Source of the DNA: Hyaloraphidium curvatum SAG 235-1
Lineage: Eukaryota > Fungi > Monoblepharomycota
Direction of reading: 5' to 3'
DNA: 64,000 nucleotides
NCBI GenBank assembly: GCA_025558095.1
Contig: JAIVFI010000001.1
Span: 1,054,001 to 1,118,000, forward strand
The notes beneath the pieces are model-generated. The model searched no databases and was not told where the DNA came from. It saw nothing but the letters and a program-made list of their open reading frames with translations. The translations under genes and the position numbers were made by a program. Shown piece by piece: positions 60,328-64,000 of the stretch. How positions within the stretch are numbered: position 1 is the first letter of the stretch; each line of letters begins with the position of its first letter.

Positions 60328-62785
60328 CTACACGACCTCGTTCCTCAGCGGCGTTCCCTGCCCGCGGCCGCCCGGCTGCGCCGTCGGCGCCCTCGACCGA
60401 TCCGCCCCCCTGGAACTCGCCGACGAAACCCTCCGCGATTTGGGCCGAGACGCCCCCGCCGACCCCGGCGGCCCCGCCGGCGACGCGGTCCTGGACGCCC
60501 CGTGCGCGCTCTTGGGCCTCGCGGCCGACGGCGACGCCGGCATGGGCGCCGGCGCCTGCGGCGTGGCCATCTGGGCCTGCAGTACCCACTCGTCCGCATC
60601 TTCGTCGTACGACGCCAGCGACTCGATCGTCACGCGCTGCTCGTCCGACACGAAGTTGGCCAGGATCGTCGATTTGAGGCTGATCTCTTTGGTGAGCTCG
60701 CGGATCGTGTCGAGCAGGTCCTCGCGCTCGTGCCTGAACTCGTCCTGCAGGTCGCCGACCTCCTGATTGGCCCCCTGCACGATGGCCCAGAGCTTCTTGA
60801 GCTTGCGCGTCTTGACGTCCACCTCCTCCTGCAGCGAGGCGTAGCTCTCCTCGGCCTGCAGCTGCTGCTCCTGCCGCGCCTCGAGCTCCCTCCGCAGCTC
60901 GCGCTCCCGCCGGCGCTGCTCCTGGATCCGCACCGACGCCTCCACCAGCTGCGCCTGCTGTGAGCTCACCCGCTCGAAGATGTCCGCGCCACCGGCGAGC
61001 GTGCTCGCCTCGAGCGCCGCCAGCCGCTCCGCGAGCTCCCCGCGCAGCGCGCGCTCGCGCTCGATGTCGCGCATGCGCAGGTCGAGCTCGGCCTGGATCG
61101 CGAGCTTCTCGGCCTCGGTTTTGGACGAGTCGAGGAGGTGCCGCTGCTCCGTGCGCACCTGGGCCTGCAGTCGGTCCAGCCCTGCCGAGTCGAGTTGACC
61201 CAGCGGCGACTTGGACGGCTGCTCGCCCGTTCCCGCACCGGGGTCAGACGCTGCCGCCTGCTCTCCTCCCTGCGCCCCGTTCCCCGCCTTTCCCCTCCCC
61301 GCCGACCCGGCCCGCGAATCCAGCAGCGCCCTCAGCCTCTTGATCTCCTCCCGCATCTGCCGCAGCATGGCATCCTTGGGATCCTCGTTGATCCGCGGGC
61401 GATTCTTGATCTGCTTGGCCCGGTTGGCGTACCGCAGCGTGGACAGGGTCTCTTCGCGGTCCTCGACGGCCTGGGAGATGGTCGCCAGCATGAGTGTTCT
61501 GGACGGGCGTTCTGTCAGCAGGAGCGTGCGATGTGGCGGCGGAGCCTGACTTCGCGTTGCCTCCGAGCGAGTCCTGAAGCAGCCTCGTCAGCTTGGAGTC
61601 CCTGTACGGCACGTGCACCCCCTGCGCGCCCTTGCCGTCCACGAGCGCCGAGATGCAGTTCCCCAGCGCCGACAGCGACAGGTTGATCTTTGCCGCCTCC
61701 CTCGCCCTGCTGCCCTCGGCCCCCGTGCGCGCCAGCCGCTCGCTCCCGGCGAGGTCGACGAGGTGGAGCTTCCCCGCGACGAACCTGTCCTTGCCACCCT
61801 CGTCGGCCCCGCACGCCTCGACGGTGACGGTCAGGATGGCGTGCGAGCGCGAGGAGCGCTCGTTCATGAGCGTCGAGCCTGTGGCGCGGTGCGAGGTGCC
61901 GATTGCCAGCAGGCGGCGGAGCTCCTCGGGGGACTTGACGACCACCGAGGACAGGTCTCGGACGTACACGCCCGAGTCGGGGTGCTCCTTGAGCTCCAGC
62001 CCGTGCGGCCCGCGGCGGGGCTCGCCCGGGGCCGGCGGCGGGGGCGGCGGCTTCGACAGGAGCAGGTCGCGGATCTCCTCGTTGTAGATCTCGAGGAAGG
62101 ACGCGCGCACGAGGAACTGCTTGCTGGGGGTGCGGGCGATGTGGCCAAAGATGTGGTCGAAGGCGCGGAGGGCGATGCCCTGCAGCTCGGGAGGGTCGGG
62201 CTCGCCTATCATGGTGTGGGTCTTGCCGCTGCCCGTCTGGCCTGGGTGGGGCGGTGTGTTTGCGGCGGGCGAGAGTTTGGGGACCGCGGTTTCGTACCGT
62301 AGGCAAAGATGGTGCCGTTGAACCCGTCCAGGACCGACTCGACGATCCGGCTCGCCACCGTGTCGTACACCTCGGCCTGCAAAGCAAGGCCCAGCCGTCC
62401 CGTCTCCCGGTTAGACTGGACTGCTCCCTCGGGGCCAGGCTCCTGTGCCGCCTACCTGTGTCGCCGACTCGCCAAGCGCCGAATCGAACGTGAACATCTT
62501 TTCCGGAGCCGGGCCGCCCGCCGACCCCCCGCCCACCCCAGACGGCGCCTTGGAGCTGCATGCGACACATACTTGGGATTCCTCGGAGTACACCGTGACC
62601 GCACGGCGCGCCGGCGCGGCATCTGGCGGGAGCGGCCGGCACCGCACGCACACGGTGACGGATTCGTCGCCGGATCCCGGTTCGGAGACTGAGAAGGAGG
62701 CCGTGCGGCCCGTGCCGGTTGCATTTGCGCGGGAGGCGGTGCCGCGGCGCGGCGAGGGGGGTTGGGAGGGCGTGCCGGCGCTCAT
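60328..62785 (-). CDS. Kinesin-2 (KIF3A/B-like) motor subunit
   Basis: [63 protein letters not shown], kinesin-2 neck [13 protein letters not shown], tail [17 protein letters not shown]...[12 protein letters not shown]. Confidence 0.9.
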
Positions 62786-62984
62786 CGTCTTTAGGCCGCC
62801 GCGGGGGGTAGCATGGGTCGATCCCGCGCGCGGACCCCGAGGAACCGGTGTTCAAGACACAGAGCAATCAATGCCGTGGCATCGTTGGCCGAGGCCTGTT
62901 TGCTGAGCTAGAATTGGAGCGGCGATCTGAGGCCAGCTTGCGCGACGCACCAGATCCCTTGGCGCAAACAAACGCCGTCCCACG

Positions 62985-64000
62985 ATGGCGGCGGAGGGCG
63001 ACGGGGAGGGCGGGGGCCCGGTCCTGCAATCTGCCGGGACGGACCTGTCGCTCTTTGAGGCGGGCGTGGACCTTGAGGAGGCAATCGCGGACCTGGACGA
63101 TTCCGATTCGGAGGACAGCCCCCTCTCGCCGGCTTCGGCGGCCCGCTCGCAATGCCTGCCGCAGGGGTTGCTGCCCTCGACGTCTTTGCTGCCGAGGTCG
63201 CTGGGTTCGGCGCTCAAAGTCTTTGGCCTCGTCGTCGGACCGGTCACTCTTTTCCTCCTGTTGCCGGATTTCCATTTCCAGCAGCATTTGTTCAACGCCC
63301 TCAAGTTCATTCAGCACCACAAGGTGCCTGGCGCCCTGATTTTCGTCGCCATCTATGCCCTCTGCACGGTGATCCTCCTCCCCGTGTCGCTGCTTTCCAT
63401 TGGTGCCGGCGTCATCTTCACTCCGGTCTGGCTCGGCGTCATGGTCGTCATGGCGGCGGTTGCCGCGGGCTCCATGGCCTGCTTCGTACTGGGACGCTAC
63501 CTCCTGCGCTCCAAGGTGCAGGAATGGCTCGCCTCGAAGGCGGGCCGCTTCGCCGCCATCGACCGTGCAATGTCGTCGTCGGACGCGCGCGGCATCGTGG
63601 TGCTGCTGCGGATGAGCCCAATCGTGCCTTTTGCAATCCTGAACTACGTGCTTTCACTCACGGACCTCGCATGGGCCGATTTCCTGATGACCGCGTCGCT
63701 CGGATCGCTGCCGAGCGTCTGCATGGCCGTGGTCATGGGCAGTTTCCTTGGTGACCTGGCGGGGGCGTCTGCCATCGAGCAGGTGCTGGACCGACGAACA
63801 ACCTACCTTGTGATGTACTTGTCGACGCTCCTCATACTGGTCACGTCGGTGCTCATCACGTTGCTGTCGCGGAGGGCATTGAGGCGGGTGCTCACAAGGC
63901 AGCCGACGGCGGCGGTTTCCATGGTCAAGATGGACACCGCCGAGGCTGCGGACGGCTTGGACCTTTATGCCCCGAACTTCGCTCCAAACGCTGCCCAATT
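62985..64000 (+). CDS. TVP38/TMEM64 (VTT/DedA, SNARE-associated Golgi) membrane protein; runs off the window
   Basis: IYALCTVILLPVSLLSIGAGVIF, GSMACFVLGRYLLR, RFAAIDRAM, IVVLLRMSPIVPFAILNYVLSLT. Confidence 0.88.
   Translation, partial: MAAEGDGEGGGPVLQSAGTDLSLFEAGVDLEEAIADLDDSDSEDSPLSPASAARSQCLPQGLLPSTSLLPRSLGSALKVFGLVVGPVTLFLLLPDFHFQQHLFNALKFIQHHKVPGALIFVAIYALCTVILLPVSLLSIGAGVIFTPVWLGVMVVMAAVAAGSMACFVLGRYLLRSKVQEWLASKAGRFAAIDRAMSSSDARGIVVLLRMSPIVPFAILNYVLSLTDLAWADFLMTASLGSLPSVCMAVVMGSFLGDLAGASAIEQVLDRRTTYLVMYLSTLLILVTSVLITLLSRRALRRVLTRQPTAAVSMVKMDTAEAADGLDLYAPNFAPNAAQ

Overview
Eukaryotic, high-GC, very compact genomic DNA with many short (~50-60 nt) spliceosomal introns. The gene set (CHS7, fungal-type XPT1/HPT1, YbaK-ProRS, UVE1, kinesin-2) points to an early-diverging, chytrid-like fungus; this is inference. 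About 33 protein-coding genes, mostly housekeeping: Reb1-like Myb, PRS, polyubiquitin, CLD1-like, DPH7, MED10, SDA1, SDH2, ProRS, PRE3, XPT1, Rab7-like, IML2, NIT3, BAF60, CHS7, Yippee, UVE1, crotonase, kinesin-2, TVP38. The main structural feature is a pair of ~3.34-kb inverted repeats (21991-25333 and 38504-41849) enclosing a 13.2-kb segment with five intact genes. Each arm carries a TATA-box-preceded orphan gene with two tandem HTH-like motifs, plus the 3' end of a small YABBY/HMG-like gene. Other notable items: a tri-ubiquitin-AN1 zinc finger fusion, a gustatory-receptor-like 7TM channel candidate, an orphan with a duplicated LOTUS-like domain, a strongly structured intron in ProRS, a bacterial-type crotonase with PTS1, and a frameshifted Cys-rich surface-receptor pseudogene. 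Gene models were spliced by eye and family calls come from motif recognition; no searches were run.
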